Of a stretch of 51,459 nt of DNA, positions 1 through 10,780 are shown piece after piece. Positions within the stretch are counted from its first letter, which is position 1. Each line of letters begins with the position of its first letter. The notes beneath the pieces were generated by a model that had not been told where the DNA came from, did no database searches, and worked only from the letters and a program-made list of their open reading frames with translations. This DNA is from Erysipelotrichaceae bacterium (GTDB taxonomy: Bacteria; Bacillota_I; Bacilli_A; Erysipelotrichales; Erysipelotrichaceae): assembly GCA_012516665.1 (NCBI GenBank), contig JAAYWN010000117.1, positions 1 to 51,459 on the forward strand, in the 5' to 3' direction. The translations under genes and the position numbers were made by a program.

Positions 1-2
1 AT

Positions 3-1496
3 GCGACTGTTCACTGCATTGAAACACTGCATGCGGAAGGCTATGAAGCAATCATCATCAACAACAATCCGGAGACCGTATCAACAGATTTCTCCATCTC
101 AGATAAACTATATTTTGAACCATTGACGACCGAAGATGTCATGCATGCAGTCGATCTTGAACAGCCGCTCGGGGTGATCGTGCAGTTCGGTGGACAGACA
201 GCAATCAATCTGGCAGCATCTTTAGCCGAACATGGAGTGCAGATCCTCGGCACTTCTCTGGATGCTATCAACAAAGCAGAGGACCGGCATGAATTTGAGA
301 CAATGCTGGATCATCTGCATATTCCGCAGCCGGAAGGCATGACTGCCTACACGGTAGAGGAAGCGCTGAAGATTGCTCATAAGATCACCTATCCTGTGCT
401 GGTCAGACCAAGTTACGTTCTGGGCGGGCGGGCCATGGAGATCGTGCATACAGATGATGAGCTCAGAGTATATATGAAGACGGCCGTGCAGGAGATCTCG
501 CATGATTCGCCGATCCTGGTCGATCGCTATGTTTTAGGAAAAGAATGTGAGATCGATGCCATCGCGGATGGCAAAGATGTCTATATCCCCGGCGTCATGG
601 AACATGTTGAGCGGGCTGGCATTCATTCCGGCGATTCGATCAGTGTCTATCCAAGTCAGACGCTGAGCCGGAAAGTCAAGGATACGATCATTGACTATGC
701 CATGAAGATCGGCAAAGGCTTTGGCTTCATCGGTCTGTATAACATTCAGTTCATTGTGGATCATAATGAAAAAGTATATGTACTGGAAGTAAATCCAAGA
801 TCTTCCCGGACCGTGCCATTTCTTTCTAAGATCACTGGCGTGCCGATGTGCACTGCCGCAACGAAAGCTGTCTTAGGACAGAGCCTGATCGATCAGGGCT
901 ATACGCCAGGCTATCATCCGGAAGAAAGCGGATATGTCTACTGCAAAGCACCGGTCTTCTCGTTTGCTAAACTGAGAAGTGTGGATACAGTTCTGGGACC
1001 GGAAATGAAATCGACGGGTGAAGCGCTCGGCTGCGATGTGACGTTTGAAAAAGCATTGTACAAAGCATTGGCTGCCAGCGGTATCCAGGTACCGATGTAC
1101 GGTGCGGTGCTGATGACGATCGCCGATCAGGATAAACAGGAAGCTCTGAAAATGGCAAAGAGATTCTATGCCATCGGATATGGCATCTACGCAACCGCCG
1201 GAACAGCTCGCTTCTTAGAAGAGAATGGTCTGTTTGTCCATAAAGCAGCGAAGATCTCCGAGGAGACGCAGCAGGATTCTGTCTTAGATATCATTCAGAA
1301 GGGCAGAGTCAGTTTTGTCATCAATACGATGGATGCACAGGACAGAAGTTCTTCCTTGGATGGCTTCTTGATCAGAAGAGTCAGTGCGGAGAATAATATC
1401 TCATGCATGACGTCATTGGATACAGCCAATGCGCTGCTGAGAGTATTGGAAGCGCAATCCTTCTCCTTGGAATCTTTGAATGAAATGGGGAAGTAA
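3..1496 (+). CDS. carB: Carbamoyl-phosphate synthase large subunit, 5'-truncated by the window edge
   Basis: Frame is open from nt 3 (ATVHCIE...[11 protein letters not shown]). Motifs [37 protein letters not shown] and a C-terminal MGS-like domain. Confidence 0.97.
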   Translation, partial: ATVHCIETLHAEGYEAIIINNNPETVSTDFSISDKLYFEPLTTEDVMHAVDLEQPLGVIVQFGGQTAINLAASLAEHGVQILGTSLDAINKAEDRHEFETMLDHLHIPQPEGMTAYTVEEALKIAHKITYPVLVRPSYVLGGRAMEIVHTDDELRVYMKTAVQEISHDSPILVDRYVLGKECEIDAIADGKDVYIPGVMEHVERAGIHSGDSISVYPSQTLSRKVKDTIIDYAMKIGKGFGFIGLYNIQFIVDHNEKVYVLEVNPRSSRTVPFLSKITGVPMCTAATKAVLGQSLIDQGYTPGYHPEESGYVYCKAPVFSFAKLRSVDTVLGPEMKSTGEALGCDVTFEKALYKALAASGIQVPMYGAVLMTIADQDKQEALKMAKRFYAIGYGIYATAGTARFLEENGLFVHKAAKISEETQQDSVLDIIQKGRVSFVINTMDAQDRSSSLDGFLIRRVSAENNISCMTSLDTANALLRVLEAQSFSLESLNEMGK

Positions 1497-1497
1497 T

Positions 1498-2226
1498 ATG
1501 AAATGCATAGACGCAGTGATCTTAGAACAGAAAATGCTTGTGCCTGAGATCTATCAGATGACGCTGCAGACCGAAGCACCATTCTCCGCAATGCCAGGTC
1601 AGTTCGTCCAAGTGCAGGTACCAGGATATTACCTAAGAAGGCCGATCAGTATCTGTGAGATCGATGAAAGGCAGATCGTTTTGATCTATAAAACAGTCGG
1701 ACAGGGGACAGCCGCCATGGCACAGATGAAAAAGGGAGATAAGCTTGATCTCTTTGGCCCTTTAGGCACGGGCTTTCCGATTGAAAACAGAGATGCGGTA
1801 CTGATCGGCGGCGGCGTCGGCATTCCGCCCTTATTGGAAACAGCCAAGCAGTATCGGCGCTTGGGGCACAAAGTCACGGTGATCATGGGCTTCAATGCAA
1901 AAGAGCAGATCTTTCTTTCGGCGCGTTTTGAAAAGCTTGGATGCAGTGTGAGCATTGCTACTATGGATGGCTCTTATGGCATCTCCGGCACTGTTATGGA
2001 TGCGATGCATGCAGAGAATATTTCTAATGAATTTGTTTTGGCCTGCGGCCCATTGCCGATGCTGAAAGCTGTGAACGCAGAATGCCATGGATATATTTCG
2101 CTCGAAAGCAGAATGGCCTGCGGTATCGGTGCATGCATGGGATGCGTCGTGAAAGACAGCGACGGCGGCTCTTTGCGCGTATGCAAAGACGGACCTGTCT
2201 TCGCTATTGGAAAGGCGGTGCTTTAG
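1498..2226 (+). CDS. pyrK: Dihydroorotate dehydrogenase electron transfer subunit
   Basis: [26 protein letters not shown] and [2Fe-2S] motif [11 protein letters not shown]...[11 protein letters not shown] at 1498 chosen, just after the carB stop. Confidence 0.93.
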   Translation: MKCIDAVILEQKMLVPEIYQMTLQTEAPFSAMPGQFVQVQVPGYYLRRPISICEIDERQIVLIYKTVGQGTAAMAQMKKGDKLDLFGPLGTGFPIENRDAVLIGGGVGIPPLLETAKQYRRLGHKVTVIMGFNAKEQIFLSARFEKLGCSVSIATMDGSYGISGTVMDAMHAENISNEFVLACGPLPMLKAVNAECHGYISLESRMACGIGACMGCVVKDSDGGSLRVCKDGPVFAIGKAVL

Positions 2227-2227
2227 C

Positions 2228-3136
2228 ATGGATCTGCATATTGATCTTCCTGGTCTTCATCTGAAGAATCCGATCACCCCCGCCAGCGGATGCTTTGGCT
2301 TCGGCCGTGAATTTGCTGAACTGTATGATCTGTCGATCTTAGGCGGTATCGCAATCAAGAGCGCAACGCCGCAAGAACGCTTTGGCAATCCGGTACCACG
2401 CATTGCGGAGACGCCGATGGGCATGCTGAATGCGATTGGTCTGCAGAATCATGGCGTGGACACTATCATTGAGAATGAACTTCCATTTTTATCACAGTTC
2501 AATACTGAGATCATAGCCAATGTGGCGGCAGAAAATGAAGAAGGATATGTGGAAGTGATCCGCAGGCTGAATGATCAGCCGACGGTCAAAGCATATGAAT
2601 TGAATATTAGCTGCCCGAACGTGAAACATGGCGGCATGGGACTGGGCACAGATCCAGCTTTGGCTGCACATGTGACCAAGAAGTGCAGAGAGGCTGCGGC
2701 AAAGCCGATCTATGTTAAGCTGACACCGAATGTTACGGATATTGTGTCCATTGCTAAAGCCGTGGAAGAAGCGGGTGCAGATGGTCTTGTGCTGATCAAT
2801 ACACTGCTTGGCATGAAGATCGATCTTCATACAGGCAGACCTCTTTTGGCAAATGGCACCGGCGGTCTCAGCGGACCGGCTATACATCCAATTGCTGTAC
2901 GCATGGTGTATCAGTGTGCTAAACAGGTGCATATTCCGATCATCGGTGTCGGCGGCATTCAGAGCACAGATGATGTCATTGAATTTCTCAATGCCGGTGC
3001 TTCAGCGGTCGAAGTGGGAGCACAGAACTTTGTCGATCCTTATATATGCAAAAAATTAATTGAAGAACTGCCTGGTGCCTTAGCGCACTATGGGTATCAT
3101 TCATTGCAGGAAGCAATTGGAAGGAGCTTACAATGA
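2228..3136 (+). CDS. pyrD: Dihydroorotate dehydrogenase class 1B, catalytic subunit
   Basis: [31 protein letters not shown]. Start placed at ATG 2228 after AGGCGG. Confidence 0.95.
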   Translation: MDLHIDLPGLHLKNPITPASGCFGFGREFAELYDLSILGGIAIKSATPQERFGNPVPRIAETPMGMLNAIGLQNHGVDTIIENELPFLSQFNTEIIANVAAENEEGYVEVIRRLNDQPTVKAYELNISCPNVKHGGMGLGTDPALAAHVTKKCREAAAKPIYVKLTPNVTDIVSIAKAVEEAGADGLVLINTLLGMKIDLHTGRPLLANGTGGLSGPAIHPIAVRMVYQCAKQVHIPIIGVGGIQSTDDVIEFLNAGASAVEVGAQNFVDPYICKKLIEELPGALAHYGYHSLQEAIGRSLQ

Positions 3137-3843
3137 CAAGAACAATTGTTGCATTAGATTTTTCATCCAAGGAGGAAGTTCATACTTTCTTACAGCAGTT
3201 CAAAGAACCGATCTATGTAAAGATCGGTATGGAACTGACCTATGCATGCGGACTGGATATCATCCGTGAAGTCAAAGCCAGCGGTCATAAAATATTCCTG
3301 GATCTGAAGCTTCATGATATTCCTAATACCGTCAAGGGCGGCATGAAGAACTTAGCCGGTCTTGGTGTCGATATTATCAACTGCCATTGTGCCGGCGGCA
3401 TTGAAATGATGAAAGCTGCCAAGGAAGGTATTCTGGAAGGAACGCCGGAAGGACAGACACCTGCAAAACTGATCGGGGTCACGATCCTGACATCGGTATC
3501 GCAGGAAGCGATGAATACAGAACTTGGTATTCCTGGAACAGTAAATGATACGGTCGTGCGCTATGCGCGGAATGCAGAGGCTGCTGGTCTTGATGGGGTG
3601 GTCTGCTCGGTCCATGAAGCCAAAGCAATCCATGAAGCATGCGGCAGTGAATTTCTGACCGTAACGCCTGGCATTCGCTTGGCAGGGAGCGGCAGCGATG
3701 ATCAGAAGAGAATTGCGACGCCGGAATATGCCAGAGAACAAGGCTGTGATATGATAGTCGTCGGAAGATCTATTACAAAGGCCAAGGATCCTGTATTGGC
3801 CTATCAAGAGATCGAGGAGACGATATCTCATGGAAGAATATAA
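3133..3843 (+). CDS. pyrF: Orotidine-5'-phosphate decarboxylase
   Basis: [34 protein letters not shown]. Confidence 0.97.
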   Translation: MTRTIVALDFSSKEEVHTFLQQFKEPIYVKIGMELTYACGLDIIREVKASGHKIFLDLKLHDIPNTVKGGMKNLAGLGVDIINCHCAGGIEMMKAAKEGILEGTPEGQTPAKLIGVTILTSVSQEAMNTELGIPGTVNDTVVRYARNAEAAGLDGVVCSVHEAKAIHEACGSEFLTVTPGIRLAGSGSDDQKRIATPEYAREQGCDMIVVGRSITKAKDPVLAYQEIEETISHGRI

Positions 3844-4492
3844 AAAAGAATTTGTCAGTTTCATGTTCCGCTGCAATGCCTTGAAGTTCGGGGATTTTAC
3901 ATTGAAGAGCGGAAGAAAGAGCCCTTTCTTTATGAATGCCGGTGCATATGTTACGGGTTCTCAGCTGACGGAGCTTGGCAGATATTACGCGAAAGCAATC
4001 TATGATAATTTCGGCCTGGACTTTGATGTTCTCTTCGGACCGGCATATAAGGGAATCCCATTGGCCGTTGCGACAGCGATGGCCCTGCATGAGCTCTATG
4101 GCAAAGAAGTACGCTACTGCGCCAATCGGAAAGAGATCAAAGATCATGGCGACAAGGGGATCCTTCTTGGCACAAAATTGGAAGATGGCGACAGAGTGGT
4201 GATGATCGAAGATGTCACGACTTCCGGCAGATCTATGGATGAGACCGTACCGATCGTCAGAGCGCAGGCAAAAGTAGAGATCAAGGGACTGATCGTATCT
4301 TTGAACCGCAATGAAAAAGGCAAAGGAACTAAGACAGCATTGAAAGAGATATCGGAAGAATATGGTTTTCCTGCAGCTGCGATTGTCTCAATGCCGGAAG
4401 TGATCAGTATTCTAAAAGAGAAAGATGCACTCGATGGCGAGATGCTGAAGAGGATCAATGAATACTACGAACAGTACGGACCGAAGGATTGA
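3830..4492 (+). CDS. pyrE: Orotate phosphoribosyltransferase
   Basis: FGDFTLKSGRKSPFF, GPAYKGIP, RKEIKDHG and PRPP loop IEDVTTSG. Confidence 0.96.
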   Translation: MEEYKKEFVSFMFRCNALKFGDFTLKSGRKSPFFMNAGAYVTGSQLTELGRYYAKAIYDNFGLDFDVLFGPAYKGIPLAVATAMALHELYGKEVRYCANRKEIKDHGDKGILLGTKLEDGDRVVMIEDVTTSGRSMDETVPIVRAQAKVEIKGLIVSLNRNEKGKGTKTALKEISEEYGFPAAAIVSMPEVISILKEKDALDGEMLKRINEYYEQYGPKD

Positions 4493-4523
4493 TCGGCTGA
4501 GAGAGCCAAAAGTCAAATAATCA

Positions 4524-4552
4524 TTGAAGAAGGTGCTTATTTGTGTTATCTT
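4524..4552 (+). promoter_or_regulatory. Putative sigma-A promoter of rpsB-tsf
   Basis: TTGAAG (4524-4529), 17 bp spacer, TATCTT (4547-4552), with an extended TG at 4544-4545. Confidence 0.55.
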
Positions 4553-4560
4553 TACATACG

Positions 4561-4701
4561 GCATCTTCTTTTCTTATGAAAAGAGATGTACTTCTCACAC
4601 AGTGGATTCTCTATCCCGTGTACATGGCTATCACAGCATTCATGTATTGATAGAGTTCGAAATTGTGGCGGAAAACAACGGAAAGGTAGGTAAAAAAAAT
4701 T
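4561..4701 (+). promoter_or_regulatory. Structured rpsB 5' leader, likely the S2 autogenous operator
   Basis: Hairpin CATCTTCTTTTC-TTAT-GAAAAGAGATG (4562-4588), then nested stems CACAGT/ATTGTG, CTCTATC/GATAGAG and TACATGG/TCATGTA (4598-4667). Structured leaders at this position upstream of rpsB are established. Confidence 0.6.
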
Positions 4702-5649
4702 ATGACTGTTGTTTCAATGAGGAAAATGCTTGAAAATGGGGTACACTTCGGACATCAGACACGGAAGTGGAATCCAAACATGAAGCAGTATATCTATACT
4801 GCTAAGAACGGTGTTTACATCATCGATCTGAACAAGACAGAAGCTCAGCTCGAAGAGGCTTACAACGCTCTGAAGAAGATCACAGAGGATGGCGGAAAGG
4901 TACTGTTTGTCGGTACAAAGAAGCAGTCTCAGGCTACGATCTTGGAGGAAGCACTCCGTTCCGGAAGCTTCTATGTCAACCAGAGATGGTTAGGCGGAAC
5001 ATTGACAAATTTCCGTACCATCCAGAAGTCTATCAAGACTTTGATCGACATTGAAGAGATGGAGAGCAACGGTACATTGGCTGTATATACAAAGAAGGAA
5101 CAGTCCGTCTTCTTAAAGAAGAAGGAAAAGCTTGATAACTTCTTAGGCGGCATCAAGGATATGAAGAAGCTGCCGGATGCGATGTTCGTCGTTGATCCAT
5201 TAGAAGAGCACAATGCAGTAGCAGAGGCTCGCAAGCTGAATATTCCAGTATTTGCACTGATCGATACAAATGCAGATCCTAGAACAGTTGATTATCCAAT
5301 TCCATCAAATGATGATGCGGTTCGTTCTATTAAGCTGATGGTCTCTTTAATTGCAGATGCCATCTGTGAAGGAAAGAATCTGCCGCTTGAGAATGTCGCT
5401 GAAGAAGAGGGCGAAGACATCACCATGAAGGATGTCATCAAGAAGGTTGAAGAAGACGCTGCTGAGTACGAGAGAAGAAGAAGAGCAAAGTTTGAAGAAC
5501 ATCGTCAGCAGATGGGCAATCGCCGCGGTTCTTACAATGGTGAGAGACGTGTATTCCGCAGAGATGCAAATGGCAACCGTGCAAATGCAAGACCTGCTGA
5601 GAATGCATCTGCTCCAAAGGCTGAAGCAAAGACTGAGGTCAAGGCATAA
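4702..5649 (+). CDS. rpsB: 30S ribosomal protein S2 with a long C-terminal extension
   Basis: [39 protein letters not shown]. Confidence 0.98.
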   Translation: MTVVSMRKMLENGVHFGHQTRKWNPNMKQYIYTAKNGVYIIDLNKTEAQLEEAYNALKKITEDGGKVLFVGTKKQSQATILEEALRSGSFYVNQRWLGGTLTNFRTIQKSIKTLIDIEEMESNGTLAVYTKKEQSVFLKKKEKLDNFLGGIKDMKKLPDAMFVVDPLEEHNAVAEARKLNIPVFALIDTNADPRTVDYPIPSNDDAVRSIKLMVSLIADAICEGKNLPLENVAEEEGEDITMKDVIKKVEEDAAEYERRRRAKFEEHRQQMGNRRGSYNGERRVFRRDANGNRANARPAENASAPKAEAKTEVKA

Positions 5650-6539
5650 TGGCTATTACAGCAAGTCAGGTCAAAGAGCTCCGCGATCTTACAAATGCCG
5701 GAATGATGGACTGCAAGAAGGCTCTTGTTGAGACAGACGGCGATATGAAAAAGGCTGTCGACTGGCTCCGTGAAAAGGGCATTGCAAAGGCAGCTAAGAA
5801 ACAGAGCAGAATTGCTGCTGAGGGTCTTTCGACAATCTTAACGGAAGGCAATAAAGCAGTGATCGTTGAAGTCAATGCAGAAACAGATTTCGTTGCCAAG
5901 AATGATAAGTTCTTAGCTCTGCTTGATGAAATTGCCAAGACATTGATCGGCAGCACAGCAGCTACCTTAGAAGAAGCTTTGGCATTAAAGGCAGAAGATG
6001 GTGAAACATTGGATGCTAAGATCGTCAATGCAACTGCTATCATCGGCGAAAAGATCACGCTGAGAAGATTTGAGATCATCGAAAAGAATGATGATGAAGT
6101 CTTCGGTGTCTATAAGCATCAGGGAGGCAGGATCTCTGCAGTTGTTGTTCTGAAGGGAACACAGGATGCTGCTATGGCAAAGAATATTGCGATGCAGGTC
6201 GCTTCCATGAATCCAACATACGTATCCAGAAAAGAAATGCCGGCAGATGTGATCAATCATGAACGTGAGATCCAGCTGGGACTTCTTGCTAATGATCCAA
6301 AACTGGCTGATAAGCCTGAAAAGGTCAAGGCTGGCATCGTTGAAGGAAGACTGAGCAAGTCGCTTGAAGATATGTGCTTAGTTGATCAGGAATACTTCTT
6401 AAATTCTGAAAAGAAGGTCGGTGCGTTCCTCAAGGAGAATGGTGCGGAGTGCACAAAGTTCGTCAAGTATACTGTTGGCGAAGGCATTGAAAAAAAACAG
6501 GACGATTTCGCTGCCGAAGTTGCAGAAATGTCCAAGTAA
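5649..6539 (+). CDS. tsf: Elongation factor Ts
   Basis: VKELRDLTNAGMMDCKKAL, EVNAETDFVAKN, VGEGIEK. TAATG coupling to rpsB. Confidence 0.98.
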   Translation: MAITASQVKELRDLTNAGMMDCKKALVETDGDMKKAVDWLREKGIAKAAKKQSRIAAEGLSTILTEGNKAVIVEVNAETDFVAKNDKFLALLDEIAKTLIGSTAATLEEALALKAEDGETLDAKIVNATAIIGEKITLRRFEIIEKNDDEVFGVYKHQGGRISAVVVLKGTQDAAMAKNIAMQVASMNPTYVSRKEMPADVINHEREIQLGLLANDPKLADKPEKVKAGIVEGRLSKSLEDMCLVDQEYFLNSEKKVGAFLKENGAECTKFVKYTVGEGIEKKQDDFAAEVAEMSK

Positions 6540-6546
6540 GTAAATG

Positions 6547-6593
6547 AACTGCTGACAGAACAGAGCAATCTGGATCTGAAAGCAGTTTTTTTT
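6547..6593 (+). terminator. Intrinsic terminator after tsf
   Basis: AACTGCT...AGCAGTT stem enclosing CAGA-GCAA-TCTG, followed by a T run. Confidence 0.7.
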
Positions 6594-6605
6594 ATAGGAA
6601 GAAAG

Positions 6606-6636
6606 AAAAAAAAGAACTGCTTTTTGAAGGCAGTTC
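6606..6636 (-). terminator. Intrinsic terminator for the minus-strand ppx/GlsB-like genes
   Basis: Minus strand reads GAACTGCCTT-CAAA-AAGCAGTTC followed by T8. Confidence 0.75.
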
Positions 6637-6645
6637 CGCATTTGC

Positions 6646-6891
6646 TTATTTCTTGATGAATTTGTTATACAGCCAGACGAGCAGGCATGCACCAATAACG
6701 GCGAAGATGATCTGACCGATGATGTTTGTTGTTCCGATACCGAATAATCCAGCAATGATACTGAAGACAAAACCGCCGCAGATACCTAATACGCAGTTGA
6801 TAACAATATTTGAAGAATCCATCTTCATCAGCTTAGCTGCAAGCCATCCGGATACTGCACCGACAATTAAATCAATTAAGATCCACCACAT
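6646..6891 (-). CDS. GlsB/YeaQ/YmgE family (transglycosylase-associated) small membrane protein
   Basis: 81 aa, about three hydrophobic segments, IVGAVSGWLA...LGICGG...AVIGA pattern, upstream GAGGA RBS. Confidence 0.85.
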   Translation of the reverse strand: MWWILIDLIVGAVSGWLAAKLMKMDSSNIVINCVLGICGGFVFSIIAGLFGIGTTNIIGQIIFAVIGACLLVWLYNKFIKK

Positions 6892-6916
6892 AATTTATAG
6901 TTCCTCCTTAACCATA

Positions 6917-7798
6917 CTATTTTATCACTTTGTGCTTATCAATGCACATCTGCAGAAAACCTTCGCGGATCCCAGAATCAGAGATCAGGATCTTTTGGGC
7001 AGAGAAGAGAGCGCAGATCTCTAAGATCATATGTACGCCAGGAAGAAATACTGACTGACGGGATTCTCTGACATGCTGCTGCATGGCTGCCGTGGCTCGC
7101 GGATCGCCACTCACTAAATCGAGATAGAACTGTCGCAGATCATTGCTGGAGAGCACATTGCCGGTATGATATATCGCATTCGCCGCCAGACCTGCCGCTC
7201 GCATGGTGCCGCCAATGCCGATCAGCTGCAGGACAGGTGATTGAAAAGCAGGATGATCTTTCTGCGCAATGAGCAGCTGTTCTCTGCATTCCGGTGTATC
7301 CAAGGAGAGATGCGCTAAGCGTACACAGCCAAGATGAAAAGACAGGGCATCTAAGATCTCACCATGGCGGAAGGCGATCAATTCAGTAGAACCGCCGCCG
7401 ACATCAAAAGCAATACCGTCTTTCTGTTCCGGCCAGCTGTTTTTAGAACCGATATAATCACAGGCTGCTTCTTCATATCCGGTAAGGGGGTAAATCTCAA
7501 AGGAACAGCTGGAAAGAGCTTCCACGAGGGATCTCTGATTCTGGATGCGGCATGGTTCTGTGATATCTGCCCAGCGGAAAGCAATGGCTTTTTCATCGCA
7601 GATCTTCTGATAGGTCTTCAGTACGTCATATGCTTTCTGTATGCCCTGCAGGGACATCTGTCCCTGATCATTGACGTGCTCGATCAAGTGAGCTGGTGTA
7701 GATTCGTGATAGATCTGTACGGGATGGCCATCATGAAGCTCATAGATGACCAGGACCATGGTATTGGAACCAATATCGGCAACTGCATACTGTGTCAT
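6917..7798 (-). CDS. Ppx/GppA family phosphatase, short form with no HD domain
   Basis: ADIGSNT, GYEEA, DVGGGSTE, GIGGT, GIREG. Start at ATG 7798, 8 nt after GAGG. Confidence 0.85.
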   Translation of the reverse strand: MTQYAVADIGSNTMVLVIYELHDGHPVQIYHESTPAHLIEHVNDQGQMSLQGIQKAYDVLKTYQKICDEKAIAFRWADITEPCRIQNQRSLVEALSSCSFEIYPLTGYEEAACDYIGSKNSWPEQKDGIAFDVGGGSTELIAFRHGEILDALSFHLGCVRLAHLSLDTPECREQLLIAQKDHPAFQSPVLQLIGIGGTMRAAGLAANAIYHTGNVLSSNDLRQFYLDLVSGDPRATAAMQQHVRESRQSVFLPGVHMILEICALFSAQKILISDSGIREGFLQMCIDKHKVIK

Positions 7799-7849
7799 TC
7801 GCATATCCTCTTGTTTCTTATATATTAATGGCAAAGCAGTGAAAAAGAA

Positions 7850-7878
7850 ATGAAAAGAAGTATAGGCAATGGTATAAT
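7850..7878 (+). promoter_or_regulatory. Putative extended -10 promoter of pyrH-frr
   Basis: TGgTATAAT at 7870-7878, with ATGAAA 17 bp upstream of the -10 hexamer. Confidence 0.6.
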
Positions 7879-7905
7879 ATCAGCAGCAAATATTGGAGGA
7901 TAATC

Positions 7906-8619
7906 ATGTATAAACGTGTTCTGTTGAAGCTCAGTGGAGAAGCACTGTCAGGCAAAGAAAAAAATTTTGACCCGATCGTTCTGCAGAAACTGGCAGAAGA
8001 GATCAAAAAAGCACAGGCATTGGGAGTGCAGATCGCAGTTGTCGTAGGCGGAGGGAATTTCATCCGCGGGAAAACATTGACAGATATTGGCATTGACCGT
8101 GTTCAGGGCGATTACATGGGCATGCTGGCAACGATCATCAATGCATTGGCTATCCAATCAGCGCTCGAAGGCGTCGGGGTAGATACGAGAGTGCAGACAG
8201 CAGTTGAAATGAATAAGATCGCAGAACCATTCATCCAGAGAAGGGCTGTACGCCATTTGGAAAAGGGAAGAGTTGTGATCTTCGGCGGCGGCACAGGTTC
8301 ACCATATTTTTCCACGGATACAGCGGCGGCATTGCGAGCCAATGAGATCAAAGCAGATGCGATCCTGATGGCAAAGAATGGCGTTGATGGGGTCTATACA
8401 GCTGATCCAAAGAAGGATCCGAGTGCAACAAAGTATGATCATCTGACGTATAAACAGGTGCTGAATCTTGGCTTGGAGATCATGGATTCCACAGCAGCAT
8501 CGATGTGCATGGACAATAACATGGAACTTGTGGTATTTAATATGAATGAGAATGGAAATATCGTTAAAGCAATGAAGGGCGAAAAGATTGGTACAGTAAT
8601 CAGCAAGGAGGAAAACTGA
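7906..8619 (+). CDS. pyrH: UMP kinase
   Basis: [43 protein letters not shown]. Confidence 0.98.
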   Translation: MYKRVLLKLSGEALSGKEKNFDPIVLQKLAEEIKKAQALGVQIAVVVGGGNFIRGKTLTDIGIDRVQGDYMGMLATIINALAIQSALEGVGVDTRVQTAVEMNKIAEPFIQRRAVRHLEKGRVVIFGGGTGSPYFSTDTAAALRANEIKADAILMAKNGVDGVYTADPKKDPSATKYDHLTYKQVLNLGLEIMDSTAASMCMDNNMELVVFNMNENGNIVKAMKGEKIGTVISKEEN

Positions 8620-8621
8620 TC

Positions 8622-9170
8622 ATGGCATATGCAATTATCGACAGCAGTACACAGAAAATGGACAAAGTCATCGAACATTTCCAGAATGAATTGAACCAGA
8701 TCCGCACCGGTATGGCCAATGCAAACATGCTGAACAAGGTGGAAGTCGATTACTATGGCTCACCTACACCGCTGAATCAGATTGCGGGCATCTCTGTTTC
8801 TGAAGGCCGTACGCTGGTCATTAAGCCGTATGATCCATCTTCATTAAAGGATATTGAAAGAGCCTGCAATGAAGCAGATCTTGGCATTGCACCGCAGAAT
8901 GACGGTGCTGTGATACGGCTGAATGTTCCGCAGCTGACGGGAGAAGTGCGTCAGGAAATGGCGAAGAAAGTCGGCAAAGTTGAAGAAGAAGCGAAGATCC
9001 AGATCCGCAGTGTACGTCGAGATGCAATGACGGCTGTCAAAAAAGACAAGTCACTGGACGAAGATATGGAAAAGGATGCGGAAGGAGAGATCCAGAAGCT
9101 GACGGATCGCTATGGTGAAAAGATCGAGACCATGGCAAAAGCAAAGGAAAAAGAAGTACTGAATAAGTGA
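8622..9170 (+). CDS. frr: Ribosome recycling factor
   Basis: IRTGMAN, VDYYGSPTPLNQIA, PQNDG, IRSVRRDA. Confidence 0.97.
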   Translation: MAYAIIDSSTQKMDKVIEHFQNELNQIRTGMANANMLNKVEVDYYGSPTPLNQIAGISVSEGRTLVIKPYDPSSLKDIERACNEADLGIAPQNDGAVIRLNVPQLTGEVRQEMAKKVGKVEEEAKIQIRSVRRDAMTAVKKDKSLDEDMEKDAEGEIQKLTDRYGEKIETMAKAKEKEVLNK

Positions 9171-9176
9171 ACTGAC

Positions 9177-9213
9177 GGGGAAATGGCTGATCATACAGCA
9201 CATTTCCTTTTTT
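9177..9213 (+). terminator. Intrinsic terminator after frr
   Basis: GGGGAAATG-GCTG...CAGC-A-CATTTCC followed by T6. Confidence 0.75.
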
Positions 9214-9288
9214 GTATAGGTTAGGTCATTGCTCTGTAAAAGAGAGCACAAAATCGGTATAATGGACATTGATAAGTGAGGAAGATCG

Positions 9289-9993
9289 ATGAAAGAGTGC
9301 AGGCATGTAGCAATTATCATGGATGGCAACGGACGCTGGGCGCAGGCCCAGGGACTGCCAAGGACCGCCGGTCACTTAGCTGGTTCTGACAATGTCAGAA
9401 CAATTGCAATTGCCGCATCTGATCTGGGCATTCAGTATCTGACTCTTTATGCTTTCTCAACGGAAAACTGGAAGCGCAGTGCAAATGAAGTGAATTATAT
9501 TATGAAGCTTCCATCTGTTTTCTTTAAAAAATATATGCAGGAATTTCTCGACCGCGGGTATCGTATGAATATCTTAGGTGAACTGGATGAACTGCCTAAA
9601 GCGACGCATCGCGTCCTGCAGGATGCGATGGATGAATCAAAGAACAATACAGGACTGAATCTGAATATCTGTATGAATTATGGCTCGCAGAGAGAAATAC
9701 TTTTAGCAGCAAAGAACTATGCCAAGGATGTCCAGGAAGGGAAAGCAGATCTTAATCTGGATGAAAAGGGATTTGAAAAATATCTGATGACAGCGGGATT
9801 CCCGCCGGTAGATCTTCTGATCCGTACTTCAGGGGAACAGCGTATTTCGAATTATCTTCTTTGGCAGATTGCGTATGCAGAACTGGAATTTGTTCCGGAA
9901 GCTTGGCCTGCCTTTACGCCAGAGGTATTTAAGAAATGCATCAAAGAGTATCAAACAAGAGATCGGCGTTTTGGAGGTATAAAGAATGTCTAA
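9289..9993 (+). CDS. uppS: Undecaprenyl diphosphate synthase
   Basis: HVAIIMDGNGRWA, YAFSTENWKR, DLLIRTSGEQRISNYLLWQ, RRFGG. Confidence 0.97.
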   Translation: MKECRHVAIIMDGNGRWAQAQGLPRTAGHLAGSDNVRTIAIAASDLGIQYLTLYAFSTENWKRSANEVNYIMKLPSVFFKKYMQEFLDRGYRMNILGELDELPKATHRVLQDAMDESKNNTGLNLNICMNYGSQREILLAAKNYAKDVQEGKADLNLDEKGFEKYLMTAGFPPVDLLIRTSGEQRISNYLLWQIAYAELEFVPEAWPAFTPEVFKKCIKEYQTRDRRFGGIKNV

Positions 9994-10780
9994 AAAAATG
10001 ATCATCAAGATTATAACGGCTTTGGTGCTGGTCTGCGTCTGTGTGCCGCCGCTGTTCCTTGGCGGATGGTATATCCGAGCATTGCTTTTAGTGATCAGCT
10101 GCATTGCTTCCTATGAGATTGCTTCCTTGGTAGATCATAAGACGCATTGGTTCTTTACCATGCTGAATATCCTGGCTATTTCGGGGCTGTGCTTAGTGCC
10201 GGACAGTCATGTGGCAGCCATTGAAGCAATCTGGCTGGCACTGCTGTTTACGATTGAACTGATCGATAAAGATATTACAACGGATTCTGTCGTCTATCCT
10301 TTTGCGCTGACTTCTTTAGTCGGCTTGGCCATGCATTGTGTTGCCGTGATCTATCGGGCGGATAACTTAGGTGTGCTGCTGCTTGTATTCATCCTTTTGG
10401 CAAGCATTCTGTGCGACACCGGTGCATACTTTTTCGGCGTCTATTTCGGACGGCATAAAATGATCCCTCGTGTATCGCCGAATAAAACTTGGGAAGGATC
10501 CGTAGGAGGTTTTGCCTGCGGGTTTCTTGGTTCTCTGATATATGGCCTGATTGCTTTGCAGAGCCTGCCGCTTTCACTGATCATCTGCGGCAGCATTATT
10601 CTGCCTTTGGCTGCTCAGGTAGGAGATCTCAGTTTCTCCAGTATCAAAAGAAGATTCGGTATCAAGGACTTTGGCAATTTTCTGCCAGGCCATGGCGGTA
10701 TTTTGGATCGCATTGATTCCATTGTGTTCTGTTTAATGACTTTCAATGCGATGATGATCTTATGGGGAGTTGTAGCATGA
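9986..10780 (+). CDS. cdsA: Phosphatidate cytidylyltransferase
   Basis: DTGAYFFG, SPNKTWEG, KDFGNFLPGHGGILDRIDS. Confidence 0.96.
   Translation: MSKKMIIKIITALVLVCVCVPPLFLGGWYIRALLLVISCIASYEIASLVDHKTHWFFTMLNILAISGLCLVPDSHVAAIEAIWLALLFTIELIDKDITTDSVVYPFALTSLVGLAMHCVAVIYRADNLGVLLLVFILLASILCDTGAYFFGVYFGRHKMIPRVSPNKTWEGSVGGFACGFLGSLIYGLIALQSLPLSLIICGSIILPLAAQVGDLSFSSIKRRFGIKDFGNFLPGHGGILDRIDSIVFCLMTFNAMMILWGVVA

Noticed and set aside
4524-4733. 69 aa ORF upstream of rpsB as a possible leader peptide
   Set aside because: Its TTG start is the -35 box of the inferred promoter, so it would not be transcribed from there, and the region is better explained as a structured leader.
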